A stretch of DNA of 64,000 nucleotides from Lama glama (lineage: Eukaryota). Each line of letters begins with the position of its first letter. Positions within the stretch are counted from its first letter, which is position 1. A program made the position numbers and the translations under genes. This document shows positions 23,197-34,998 of this stretch, piece by piece. Below the pieces are notes generated by a model that made no database searches, was not told the DNA's origin, and saw only the letters and a program-made list of their open reading frames with translations. The stretch covers positions 2,172,001-2,236,000 of the forward strand of contig CM052818.1 in assembly GCA_028534125.1 (NCBI GenBank), given 5' to 3'.

Positions 23197-25169
23197 ATGT
23201 GGGAACAATTCTAGCATTTACTGTTAGCCCACAGACGGTAAATGGCTCCACTTCTACAGCCTTCTATGTGAAGACTTGAGGACAAGAATCTGGTCCCCAT
23301 CTGAAATGTCCTGCAGAGCCCAGACCAGGTAGGGATCTCAGGTGATGCCAGTAGAGTGATATGCACCTGAGGGTCTCAGGATTCTAGCCCTCCACTCAAG
23401 CCACCCCGTTTCCTGCAAGCTTGCTTTGACGCTGGGCTGACCCAGAGCAGAGGGGCCTGAGCTTTTCCTAGCCTTCCAAGCCCCTTCCTTTCCTTGTTTG
23501 TCCTTCTAGAATGGGAGCTTCCAGAACAAAACATTGAAAGAGGCAGGAGCTCAGGGCAAAGAAATTGTTTGGTGGCCCCTCTCCTTGGGCAGAGGAGCAG
23601 CTCACTGGTTGTTTCAAGGGATGAAGAACAGGTCTGGATGAGATGAGGGTTGTCACCCAGACTTGCTGAAGGCCCCACAAAGCCCATGGCCAGCTGTGTC
23701 AATGTGAAGAGCCCTTGCCATGGGCCACATCCCACATCAAAGCCTGGCCTCCAGATGCCAAGCTTCAGAGCCAGGGCCACCATCTGCCATGGCCCCCGCA
23801 GGACCTCCCAGACTACAGCCATGTGCAGGAATGCTGTCGGGGGGAGGTGGGGCCTGCCAGTGGGGGAGCACATGGCCTGGCGGATCAGCAGCCTCCCGCC
23901 CGAGGCCTCACCAGGGACTTTGCAACTCGGAGCTACTAATGTTGAAATAGTGCTTGAGCCTCCACAGGAGGAGGGGCCAGGCCACCAAAGCTGGGGCTTT
24001 GGGTGGTCACAGGCCTCACTGCAGGTCTCGTCCCCACCTATTACATGGAGGATAAACTGCCTCCCAGGCCCACTCAGCCTTAACTCTGGTCACATCCATG
24101 TAACCTCAGACTGACCGCAGACTGACCCTGACACTGACTCAGAATGATCCCAACCCGGGCCACGACCAGCGTCTGACACTGGCCACAAAGCTGACCCTGT
24201 CCAAAGATTAACCCTGACCCCGGCTGCAAAACCGGTGCCGACCCTGACCACAGGCTGACCTCTGGCCTCTGAATAGGCTTAGTGGAATACACCAAACCAT
24301 AGCACGGTCTCGCAGGTGCGCCAGGCTGGCTACACATGAGTGACAGCCACATGGGCCAGGCGGAGGGTCTGTCCTATGCAAACCCCCAGCCTCCTGTGAC
24401 AAGCAGGTCCTGAGTGACTGCTCCCAGGCAACACACCTTCCGGAAGACGTGAAAGGACCAAGCAGTTGCCAAGCACATCAGCTTGCTTGGCCTCTGGACC
24501 TTATCCCGCAGGCCTTCTCCTTTCTGCTTACTCTAATCCTGCCACGTCCCACCCCACCTGCCCGAGGAGGCCAGTCTGACTCCTCCATGTAGGTTTGCAA
24601 ACAGCTTTGACCCACATAATCCTCATGGAATGTGTCCTCTAGAAGGGTCCCTGGGGAGCTTCTCTCCCCAGCCCTCCAATCCAAGAGTAGCCATGGGAGC
24701 TGCCCCTTGCTTCCCCCAACAAAATTCAGTGGAAACCAGCCTCGAATTATTTAAATAAGATCTTACTGTCTTCTTGCATACGTGGTTGCCGGGGAGAAGT
24801 CTGGTGTCAATGTGATGGGGGTTCCTTTTTGTAGGTAGTCTGTTCATTCTCCTCCAGTGAGTCAGGAGGAGAGGGGGTGTGGGACAGAAGGGGCGAGGAG
24901 AAGTTCATCCCTGGGGTCACTGCATGGACAGTCGGGTGGGAGCCTGGCTGAGGGTGCCTTGGTCATGCCCCATCTGCTGCCCCTGTGCTCCAAGCCACAC
25001 ATTCTTCCCTCCCCAGTGTCCTGAGCCTCAAGTCCCTAAAACTGAGAATGCTCTCCATACACACAGCCCCTATTCTGAGAGCCCTGGACACCCGCCCCCT
25101 CATGGCAAGGAGCCATTCCCCATTCCTGCTTGGCTGGCCGGGGACACTGCACACATGGGTACCTGCTAT

Positions 25170-25430
25170 GTAGAGTATTTGCATACTTGTATGCATGCAT
25201 GTGGATGGACCTGCGAGTGTGTGTGAGTGTGTGTGGTTGTGCATATTTGTACATATGCACGTGTATGTGTGTACACATACATGGATATAGATGAGCATGT
25301 GTGAGATGTCTAGAGGTGAGCGTGTGTGTGTTTAGTACGCATGTGGGTGTGCACGGATCATGTAGGGATTGCGAATGTGTGACGTGTGGGGGTGTGTCCA
25401 CCTGTGTGCCTTTGTATATGTGTATGTTTT
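25170..25430 (+). repeat. Degenerate (TG)n/(TATG)n tract
   Basis: Read directly. Confidence 0.85.
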
Positions 25431-26337
25431 GGAGAACACGTTGCTCTTCCACCCCGACCAGCAATGTGCTCCTTGGGGAGGCACCCCGCTGTACCCCCTC
25501 ACCTGTGGGTCCTGCACAGTCCTTGGACTAGATGTGGCAGATTCCCAGCAAGGCTCCAGGGCTTGGGTCCAGTGGGACAAGGTCCCAGGCCTTCTGAGTC
25601 TGTAGCCTCCACAGAGCCAGAAGCCTGGCAACGGTTCAGCACCCATGGGTGGCTTGGTAAAACAAGGATACCAGAAGCCTTTGGGTGGACACATGCCTCA
25701 AAGTTGTTACCCCAAGTTCAAGCTCTTAGGGCTGTTACTGACAGCACACACCTCCTGCAGGGAATGCTGTCCTTCTTGCCCCAAATCCTGCTTCCGGACC
25801 CCAGGCCTCTCAGCATGCAAAGCACCGGCCCCTGCTTCCTACCCGACCACTAACTCCCAGGTCCACCTGCCCCGCTCCACCCTCCACACACACCCTTGCA
25901 GAGAACAGGAAGAGGGCGCATCCTCAGGAAGTTCACGTTCCCACAGCTGGATTCTGAGCCAGCCTGGGGTGGGGGACCAAAGAGCACCCCGAGGAAAGAT
26001 CCCGCACCCCTGGGTAACACTTCGACCTCCACCTCAGCCCCGTCCACCCAGGAAGCAAAGTCTGAGGTTTCAGAAACTTCTCTTTGGTCCCTGAATCCTG
26101 CAGCTGGAAAAGATTGTTAGGGTTTCTCTAACTGACTCTCAGGGCCTGTAAGGAGTCTAGGACCCCAGTACACAGACTCACACACCAAGCCACACTACCC
26201 TGAGCAGAAAGGGAGGCATCCTGGGAGGCGCAGGACCCACCCTGGGAGGCCGCGAGGCATCCTGGGAGGAGCATGTAATTTGCATCAGGTCCCAGTTGAA
26301 GTGCTCGTTAGCTTTATGGCCTTTAGCAAAGTCCTCC

Positions 26338-26475
26338 TTTGTTGTTGTTGTTGTTTTGTTTGTTTGTTTGGGGGCTTCTGTGGGGTGTTTTTCATTTATT
26401 TGGGGGTTGGAGGAGTTTGAGGAATTTTAGGATTTTTGTTTTGGGTTGTTTTTTCTTTTCTTCTTTTTTTTTTTA
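26338..26475 (+). repeat. T/G-rich simple repeat (TTG)n,(TTTG)n, poly-T
   Basis: Read directly. Confidence 0.8.
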
Positions 26476-27599
26476 TTCAGCAAAGTTTTCTGTAGCTTAG
26501 TTTTCTTATGGAGGGTGACAAGATAACTTAAAATCCAAATAGGAAACTCTTTGGAGTGAAGCAGGCCCTATTAATCATTATACCAGACGACAGGTGTGAA
26601 CCCCAATGTTCCAGGCAAGTGGGGACACGGGATCACCCTATGTCACCTGCAGGAGGGAGGATGATGAAGATGATGACGATGAAGGACTTCTAAAGGGCAG
26701 AGCCCCTGGCAGATTTGCAGACATTCCATCTTGGCCCTGAGCCAGGGTCTGAGGGCGAGGGGAGGGGGCAGGGCTGCAGGCCGTCCCTCCCAGCCTCTCT
26801 GCCCCAGGGCCTCCTGCCCTCTCCCCGCCCTGCTCACCTCCCAATGCCCCGACTCCCTGACTCTACAGCAGCGTTGATGCCTTTAGCAGTCACCCAGGTT
26901 TGTCTCCAGGGGAGTGCTAGGTTCAAAGATCAGATAAATTTTCTGGCAGACATGGGGCTGGTGGCCGACTGCCAGAGGTGGGAACGGCCCTGCAGGCGCG
27001 GGGTCAGCCGGGTTATTTTGACTCCTCGGCATGGGGTGAGGGGCCTTAGCAAGGAGAAATGTACAGTGTGGAGGGAGGAGACTCTGATGAGCTGGATTTG
27101 GCTTCGCCTTCCAGCTCGGAACAGGAGAGGGAGAAGGTAGAACCAACCCAAGGCAACGAGCTGGAAGAAGAAGGGGGAGAAAGGGCTGGGAGAAATAAAT
27201 CTGGAGAAGAACCTGTTTTAAAAGTCACTCTTTTTGCTGCCAGCTCTCCCCCACCACACCCCAAAATTCCGGCGCTGGGCCACAGCGTGTGGTGACAAGG
27301 TGTGTGTGGTCGGTGGCGGGAAACCCTTAGGCGGCCAGGACAGCTGGGGAAATGCCAGCTGGGGAGGGGTGGGCGGGGCCAGGCTGAGGTCACCCCAGCC
27401 AGTCCCCTGTGTTACCAGCGTGAGTGCCTCTGCACTGGCATCTTCAGACCTTTTTTGACACACATTTTTGCCACTATCCAGAACAGTTTTCCCCCAAAAC
27501 ATACTTGCTTAGAGCAGCCTATAGTTTCAATTCTTCTCTTATTTTTTTATGCTAATTGCAACTCATGGCACTACCTTCACAAACCACTATAGTCATAAC

Positions 27600-27780
27600 C
27601 TGTGGTTCTGCAAATCACTGCTCCAGACCAGCACTTCTCAAACCTTATGAGGCCTGCTGATAAATCACCTGGGAGCTTGCTAGATACAGATTCCGGTTCC
27701 ATAGGTCTGCGATGGGACCTGAGATTCTGCATTTCTAACAAGCTCCCAGCATGATGCTGCATGGCTGGTCCTCAGGCCCC
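27600..27780. mobile_element. MER5A-type hAT element
   Basis: AATCACCTGGGAGCTTG..TAGGTCTG..GGGACCTGAGATTCTGCATTTCTAACAAGCTCCC. Confidence 0.8.
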
Positions 27781-28049
27781 GGACTAAAAGGCTCCAACCA
27801 CAGCTTCCTGGACAGCACCCATGTCAGCAAAGGGGCTTGCAAGGTGAAAGGGGAAGATGGAGGGTTGTCCATCACTCAGCCTCCAGGCGAGCCTGCAACT
27901 GAATCTTACAAAGGGCTGATGGCGTCTGATGACAAAGAGCTGCCCTCAAAGGACCCAGGCTGAACTGCTATGATCTGGGAGCCACATGTGGGACCAGCTG
28001 CCAATCTGGGCCTCACAAAAAAATCAAAATAAAGTTATCCTTTCCCATC

Positions 28050-28241
28050 CCTTTATACAAAAATAGATTTTTAAAAATTTCTTCTGTATAGCACAGGGAA
28101 CTATATTTAATACCTTGCAATAACCTTAATGAAAAAGAATATGAAAATGAATATATGTATGTATATGCATTATGCTTTACACCAGAAATTGACACATTGT
28201 AACTGACTATACTCCAATTAAAAATAAATAAAAATAAAAAA
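28050..28241 (+). mobile_element. 5'-truncated artiodactyl/camelid-type L1 3' end with A-rich tail
   Basis: CTGTATAGCACAGGGAACTATAT..GAAAAAGAATATG..ACACCAGAAATTGACACATTGTAACTGACTATACT..AAAAATAAA; similar to the copy at 60166-60599. Confidence 0.85.
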
Positions 28242-28427
28242 GGAAAGAAAGAAACTTTTAGGTTTGGTGACCTCACTCCACTCTAACAGGCAAGGCTGAT
28301 GCTGTCACAAACTGGGTTTACTCCCCAGCGATGGAGCGTCACCAGGAAAAGCTGTCTGGTTATTGTTCTCTGGGTGGAAAAGAAAGCTGACTCAAGTTAG
28401 ACAAAGCCATGCAGTCGTTGACTAAGG

Positions 28428-28635
28428 CAGTGGATCCCAAATGGAGCTCCAGAAAACCCTAGCTAGGCAAGATTAACCAAAAATGAGTTCCAAGGTCAAA
28501 TACGTCTGGGAAACACAGTCCCACCGCAGAGCATCCATGATCACAGTGAAAGGCTGTGAGAAGACATGCAGTCAAGAGCCCTGTTTAATTTGTTTAAACT
28601 CATTTAAGTTCTCAAACTTACTCAGCTGTGATGCT
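28428..28635. mobile_element. MER103-like hAT relic
   Basis: GGTCAAATACGTCTGGGAAACAC..GGCTGTGAGAAG..CCTGTTTAATTTGTTTAA. Confidence 0.55.
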
Positions 28636-28649
28636 TTCCTTTAACCTGT

Positions 28650-29042
28650 TGTTATGGACTGAACTGTGTCCCTACAGAATGCGCATGCGGAAGCGCAGAC
28701 CCTCTGTGTGACTGCATCTGGAGATCGCGCGTTTAAGTAGATAACTAAGGTGAAGTGATGGCATGAGGGTGGGGCTCCAATCCGATAGGATGATGTTCTC
28801 ATAAGAAGAGGAAGAGACACCGAGCTCTTTCTCTCCACCTGTTTGCAAAGAGGATAGGCCGGGTGAGGACACAGCAAGGAGGTGGCCATCTCCAGGCCAG
28901 GAAGAAAGGTCTCACCACGAGCCAACCCTGACAGCATCTCCATTTTCGACTTCTAGCCTCCAGAACTGTGAGCAAATGCATTTCAGTAGTCTTCAGCCAC
29001 CCTGTCTGTGGCACTCCGCGCAGCAGCCCGAGCAGACCAGCA
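28650..29042 (+). mobile_element. MLT1A/B-type MaLR solo LTR
   Basis: TGTTATGGACTGAACTGTGTCCC..TAAGAAGAGGAAGAGAC..GACTTCTAGCCTCCAGAACTGTGAG..GCAGCCCGAGCAGAC. Confidence 0.85.
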
Positions 29043-29154
29043 CCCATCGCTAAGGGCGCCATGGAACGCACCTTGGGAATGCAGGATTAGAGCTGTGACT
29101 TTCACGCCCTTGAACTTCGAGGGGACTTGCAAGTTTCAAGTAGACAGGAAAGGG

Positions 29155-29290
29155 ACTGTGATCCCCATTTTTGATGTTTGGAAACTAAAGTCCATGAGGA
29201 TGAAGTGAGTGGCCCAAAGTCACACAGCTGGGCAGAACCGGGCATGCAGGGCTCAAAGTCAGCTCTGATTGAACCTGAAGACGAGACCCC
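29155..29290 (-). mobile_element. MIR SINE fragment
   Basis: ATCCCCATTTTTGATG..GAAACT..GCCCAAAGTCACACAGCT. Confidence 0.7.
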
Positions 29291-30744
29291 GCTGTGCAGA
29301 GGCTGCAGCTGACGTGGTAGTCTCACTCACGGTGAGTAGGGGCTCTCTCCCTAAGCCCAAGACTAGGTAGTAAGAAAAATTGATATTGATCAAAGGTTTT
29401 CCAAAGAAAGTTCTAGAAGGGGGCAAGGAGTGGTCAGGTTTGAAGTAACCAGGGGTGAAACTGAAGCAGGAACTTCAGTACTGGGCTGAGGACCTACTAT
29501 CGGCCCAGCTGGGCAGTGAGGGTCACTGTTGGTTCTTGAGCAGCAGGGGCATGACGGGGTCTGGCTTGGTCCAGGGCTGGAATGCCCTGGGAGGAGCCTG
29601 GGTCTGGGAGGCCCGAGGTCCAGGCCACCAGCAGAGTAATTCTGCGGAGATGGGACACGTAAGGAGTCAGGTAGGGGCAGTCAGCTTCACCATTCTCCCC
29701 CAATACCTGCCCCCATGACCTTGCCTCCTGGGGCGGGGATATAGGGCCCTGGGGGCTGGTCGGATTTTCCAGGCCTTGATATTTAGAGCTGGTCCTGGCA
29801 GCCAGCCCTTCCCAGACTCCTGCTGGGGAAACGGGGAAACTGACAATGAGGGGTGGAGGGCAGATGGGAAAACGAGTTAAGGTTCTAAACACACACACGC
29901 GCGCGTACACGTGCGTGCACACACACAAGGCCGAGATGGCTGCTGGGTAGGCAGGCTCTCTCTCTCCACTTCCCTCCTTCTCTCCCTACGTGTGAGTGAA
30001 CCCCAGCTCAGTGCTCTCACTTCCCCATCTCCTCCCAGACCAACTCCTTCAGCCCAGAATTGTCACCAGGTCAGGGGAGGGAGAGCTCCCTAAGGCAAGC
30101 TCCAGGGGGACTGGCTAGGGTGCCAACCAGGGCACCAGCAGGTCCCCCAAAAGATGATCAGTTGGCCCCTTTAGGACAATGACTCTGAGGTCCGGGGAGT
30201 CCTGGGGCTCTTCAAGGTGTCTCGGGGACAGAGGAGTGCTGGGGGCCAGGAAGCCCAGCATCAGTCCCCTCACCATCACTCGCATCCAAACCTGACTTCA
30301 ACCAGCTCCGCTCTGTTTTCACCTACTTTAACAAATAGGGGTCCTCATTCATTTAGTGCAAGGGGTCTGCAGCTTAAAAAACCTATCATCCTAAGGGTTG
30401 GGCTGGGGGTTTGGGAGCAGAGGTGCTGAGCAGCAGCTGAGACTTGCATCCCACAAGGCAGGGTCAGAATTGTCATAGAGGAGGCACAGGGAGGCTCTGC
30501 TGCTCTCAGTTTAATGCTCAAGGCAGTGCTACAAGCTAAGGATGGTTTCTCCTCTTCACAGGCAGCACACGGAGTCAGCAAGACACGAGATTCCGCACAA
30601 CTGGAATCTCCTGCCTCCCCTGGGTGGCATCAATTCCAGGACCTCCTAGTTACTGGAGGGAAGGCTTCAGTAGGGCCACTACTGTCCCCCTCCTGGAAGC
30701 ACCATTCATGGTTTGTTCTAGAAGAGGCAGCAGAGCCCGAGGAC

Positions 30745-30960
30745 TGAAAACAAAGATGCAGGCGTTAGAATCCTGTTGCCATCAGCCTGGAACGACCTGG
30801 GTGAACTTGAGCAAGCTGTTCAACCACTCTGTTAAATGGAGATAAAAAATAGTTCCTATCTCATAAGGTTCTTGTGAGATTAAGTGAGTTAATATTTGCA
30901 AAGATTTTACACAGTGCCTTTCCCCCCCGTGAGTGTCTATAAATGAATGTTAAATGAATT
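30745..30960 (+). mobile_element. MIR SINE
   Basis: GGGTGAACTTGAGCAAG..AAATGGAGATAA..CCTATCTCATAAGGTTCTTGTGAGATTAAGTGAGTTAATA. Confidence 0.85.
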
Positions 30961-33027
30961 CATTTGATTCTACATGGCTGGTGCCCCCTGGGGTTGGTGC
31001 AAATCAGCAGACCAGGAAGGGTGAATGCTGCTAGGGGCAAATCTGAGTTCAAGGCCCAGCCATTTTCCAGGACCTTGGATGTGACCCTCTTTCTGCCCCT
31101 CACTAAATGGTGGTTTACCAGGCTGGCAAATCCTGGAGGAAAGCCTGCTGAGATCAAAGCCCCACTTCCCACAGCCCCCTTTCGGTCTCCCCACACACCC
31201 TTCCTGGCCACTAGGCTCCTACAGAAGGCGAACATTCTAGGCGCTGATCATTTCTCTCAAGGGGATCCGGAGGGAGAGCCTCGGCACAGTGAGGCCGCAG
31301 AGGATCAGAGACCGGGCTCCCCTAGCCATGGCAGGCAGGGACCTCCGACCCCTTGTCTCCTGTGCTGTGGCCGCAGCTCACTTCCCAGGCTCCTCTGCAG
31401 GGGCCCTCCTGAGGCCTCCCCCCACCTCCGCTGAAGGGTCTGCCTCTCCTCCCCTGGTCCCGTTGATCCAGGCCACAGGGAGGGGCTGGAGTTCAGGGCC
31501 CTGTCTGGAGGCCCCGATGTCTTCCAGGTGTGGGGGAGGCCCAGCTGGATGGGCAGGTGTGGGGAGGGCCCAAGCAGCTGCAGGGTGTCTGGAAGGCATT
31601 TGGGCCGCTAATGAGCATGGGATCCAATTAAAACACAGGGGCAGGAATCCCAAGCCATGTGGAGCAGGAAGCACAGGCCGGGGGCCTGCCTGGGCTGGGG
31701 AGGAGCGGGAGGAGCACCTGAGGGGCAGGAGCCAAGAGGGACGAAACTCCATCCCTGACCCCACCATTCCCCGCCCCACCTCTTCCCCTGGGGCTGAAAC
31801 CATTTGGGTTCTAAAGTGGCCGTGGACTTCCACACCGCCCTGCTTACTGCTCTTGGCAGAGAACTAGCTCTGGACTGAGGGCTGGGGACTGAGAAGCGGG
31901 TTACAGACGACGACCAGAACCCAGCCCGTCTAAGTCCAAGGTGTCTCCAAGCACTGGAGATGAGGGTGCGGGGGTCCTGCTAAAGAGAAAGCCAGGGAAC
32001 ATTCATCAACCTGACACCCCACAGAAGCGGGCATCTGAGTGGACCCACACTGAGGACATCAGCCTCTGCCACCGTAACCCCACCACCAGCATCACTGTCC
32101 CTGCAGCACTGCCACCAGCACCCAGTCACTGACGTCACTGTCCCCATCACTGCCAACCCTCTGAACGCTGGTCATTGGCCCTCAGCATCCTTGAGAACTC
32201 CCCCTCTGCTGAACTCGCCCCATTCCTCACCCCCAGGCCCCCGTCCAGCCTCCCGTTTCTGGTAGAGCAGACCCCAGCTTCCTCGCACCCCGCCCAACCC
32301 CAGCACCTGCTCCTACCCCTCACCCCGGACACAGCCCCTCAGACCCCCGAGGGGTTCAGGAGAGGATCAGGGTGACGTGGACACTGGGGCTTCTGCTGGG
32401 ACACACACCCAGACAGACACAGCTCTTGGCATGGCCCTTCCTGAAGGGCCTCAAATCTGAAGTCCCCATCTGGACCAAAGCACTTCCTGAGGAGGAGACA
32501 TTTTCAGATAATTGGCTCAGGACCCCAGTGGTCTGGGTGAGGGTCTGTCCAGTTTCCTCCTACACATAATCCCACCACTTCCCCACCCTGGGCTGACCCC
32601 CTCCCTCCCCCATGCCCCTGCCCCTCCCCCATGCTTCCCATCTGCTCCCAATAACTCCGACTACCCTCTCCTGGCGTGCCTTCCCCCCTCCTGGCCCTGC
32701 GGGAGGCTGAGGGGCCAGGACACCCCCATTCTGGTCCTGGACTCAGGGTGTTAACGAGGAACAGGCTCTCACCCCAGCTGTGCGCTGGGCCCTGAGACTG
32801 AGTTTCCTCCCTCCCGCCTTCTCCTTTATTCTTCAAATGGCCCAATTTCCCCAACAGCTGCTGGGAGTTGAGGAGAAGAGAGGCAGGTGGGGAGAGTGAA
32901 GGCTCCTTTCTGGAATGGAGGTGACAGGGAGGGGAGGAGGGGGTGGGATCATGGTGAGGAGAGGGGGACACTTCCTCGGGTGGCAAAGGGGGTGGCTGGG
33001 GGGGCGGCAGTCCAGAGCGGAGGGGGG

Positions 33028-33044
33028 AGGTCAAGCAGAGGTCA
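33028..33044 (+). promoter_or_regulatory. Perfect DR5 motif AGGTCA-AGCAG-AGGTCA (candidate RARE)
   Basis: Exact consensus half-sites with a 5-nt spacer; function not demonstrated. Confidence 0.4.
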
Positions 33045-34098
33045 AGGCCACAATCCTGGTGCAGTGGGGGGCAGACCTAAGGGAGAGTCGGACCCTGGGA
33101 CCCCAACCCGAGACTCCCGGCCCTCGGTCTCAGCTCCTGCCTCACCCCGTCCTCCACCTCCCACGAGCCCTGGGGCAGGAGTCTCCCCGTGAAGCCTTCC
33201 GAGGGAGCCTCCCTCCAGGAGGACTGACGGCGCCCTGGCACAGAAGCTGCCCCGCTGGGCACAGGGACACTTGCTTCCCCGGAGCCACGTGTCCACTTCC
33301 CGAGGGCAGCATCAGTCTCATTTGTCTGCCCTCTTCGCACAAGCTCCTGTGGCCAGCACACACTCAGTAAACTCCTGCTGATGGAATGAATAGACAGCTG
33401 ATGCGATGGCACTCATACAAACTGGCAGCCTGGGAGGCAGAGCCAGGAGCCCCGGTTCTGCTTTCCCCTCCCTGGCTGTGCAGGCTTAGGCAGCTTCCTT
33501 GCTGTCCTGGCCTCAGCAGGTTGGAACAGATGAGCTGGGAGTGGGGGTGCTGCTTCACCCCAGTGCGGTAGGAGCTGAGGGGTTGGGGCTGAAAGGCCCA
33601 CACAGGAACCGCATCGCAAGGACAGAGAAGGCAGACGGAGCATTGGGGGCTGCAAACGCTGGGGCACTTCTGGGAGGGGGTTGAGCTGAGCTCTGCAGGA
33701 GCCAACCTAGGTGCCGGAGGAGGGAAGAGCTTTCCTGTCCCCCCAAGGAGGCTGCCATTTGATCCACCAGCTTTAGGTGTAGACCCGAGCTGAGTCCTCA
33801 ACCTTGATTCCCAGGAAGGAGAAACTCCGCAAGTGCCTGGATCACTGATGCAGGTTGTATCAATGCCTGGGGCCAGCCGGTTCTACTTGGTGTCTGACTG
33901 CATTCCCTCCTGCTGTCTGGCTGCCATCGGTACAAATTCAAAGGGTCAGACCAGAGCAGAGGATATATGGAGGCTGCCCTGCTGCTCGTCTCTGTTCTCC
34001 CTGACCCCAAAACATGCCTGCCCAACACACCTCCTGCCGCTCGGCCATCATGGGCACACAAGGACGCGTGAGAATGAGACATCTTGGCGCTCACTCTC

Positions 34099-34998
34099 TG
34101 TGAGACAATAGAGCATGTGTATTGGTCTCTGCCCCCGGTTCCTGGCTTAGAGATCCGGAAACCCTTGTGAATTCCTAAGTGATAAGAGCAGAAGGAGTAT
34201 CTTTTGTTCTAACGCAGAAACTCTGGGTGAGCTCCTGGATGAGTCCTGGAGGGGGCTGGTCACCAGAGAGACCAAGCCATGATCAGAAGCCTGGAATTTT
34301 CAGCCCCATCTCTCATCTTCCAGACAAAGCAGAGGGGCTGGAATGGAGTTAATAATTGATCATGCCTACCTGAGGAAGCCTCCATGAAATCCCAATAGCA
34401 CAGGGTTTGGAGAGCTGCCGGGGTGGTGAGCATGTCCACGTGCAGGGCGGATGTCACCCCCTAACTCCACGGGGACAGAAGCTCCTGCTCTTGGGACCCT
34501 CTCAGACTCACCCGAAGTCTCTTCATCTGGCCATTCATCTCTGTCCTTTATTACATCCTTTAACAAACTGGGAAGTGTAAGAAACCATTTCCCTGAGTTC
34601 TGTGAGCCGCCCTAGCAAAGAAATCCAACCTGAGGAGGGGGGTCACGGGGACCTCCAGTTTGTAGACGGAAGTGGTGGGTGACCTGGAGACCCAATACTT
34701 GTGATTGGCATCTGAAGTGAGGTGGGAACAGTTTTGTGGGACTCAGCCCTGAACCTGTGGGATCTGACACTACCTCTAGGTAGATGGTATAGAATTGAGT
34801 TACATTATAGAACATCCTGCCGATGTCACAGAAAACTGCTCGGCGTGTGGGGAAACCTCCACACATCTGGCAACTAGAAGTGTCAAGGGGAGCGTTCTGT
34901 GTGAGTGGTAAAGGAGACACACAGGACAGACACTAAGTAGGAAAGAACTGGGTTTTTTCCGACCCCAGAGGTAGACTGAACTGAGTTTTTCCAGCACA
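34099..34998 (+). mobile_element. MER21-family LTR
   Basis: GGGGCTGGTCACCAGAGAGACCAAGCCATGAT..TGATCATGCCTAC..TTTCCCTGAGTTCTGTGAGCCGC..GATTGGCATCTGAAGTG..CCTGTGGGATCTGACACTA; right end approximate. Confidence 0.8.
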
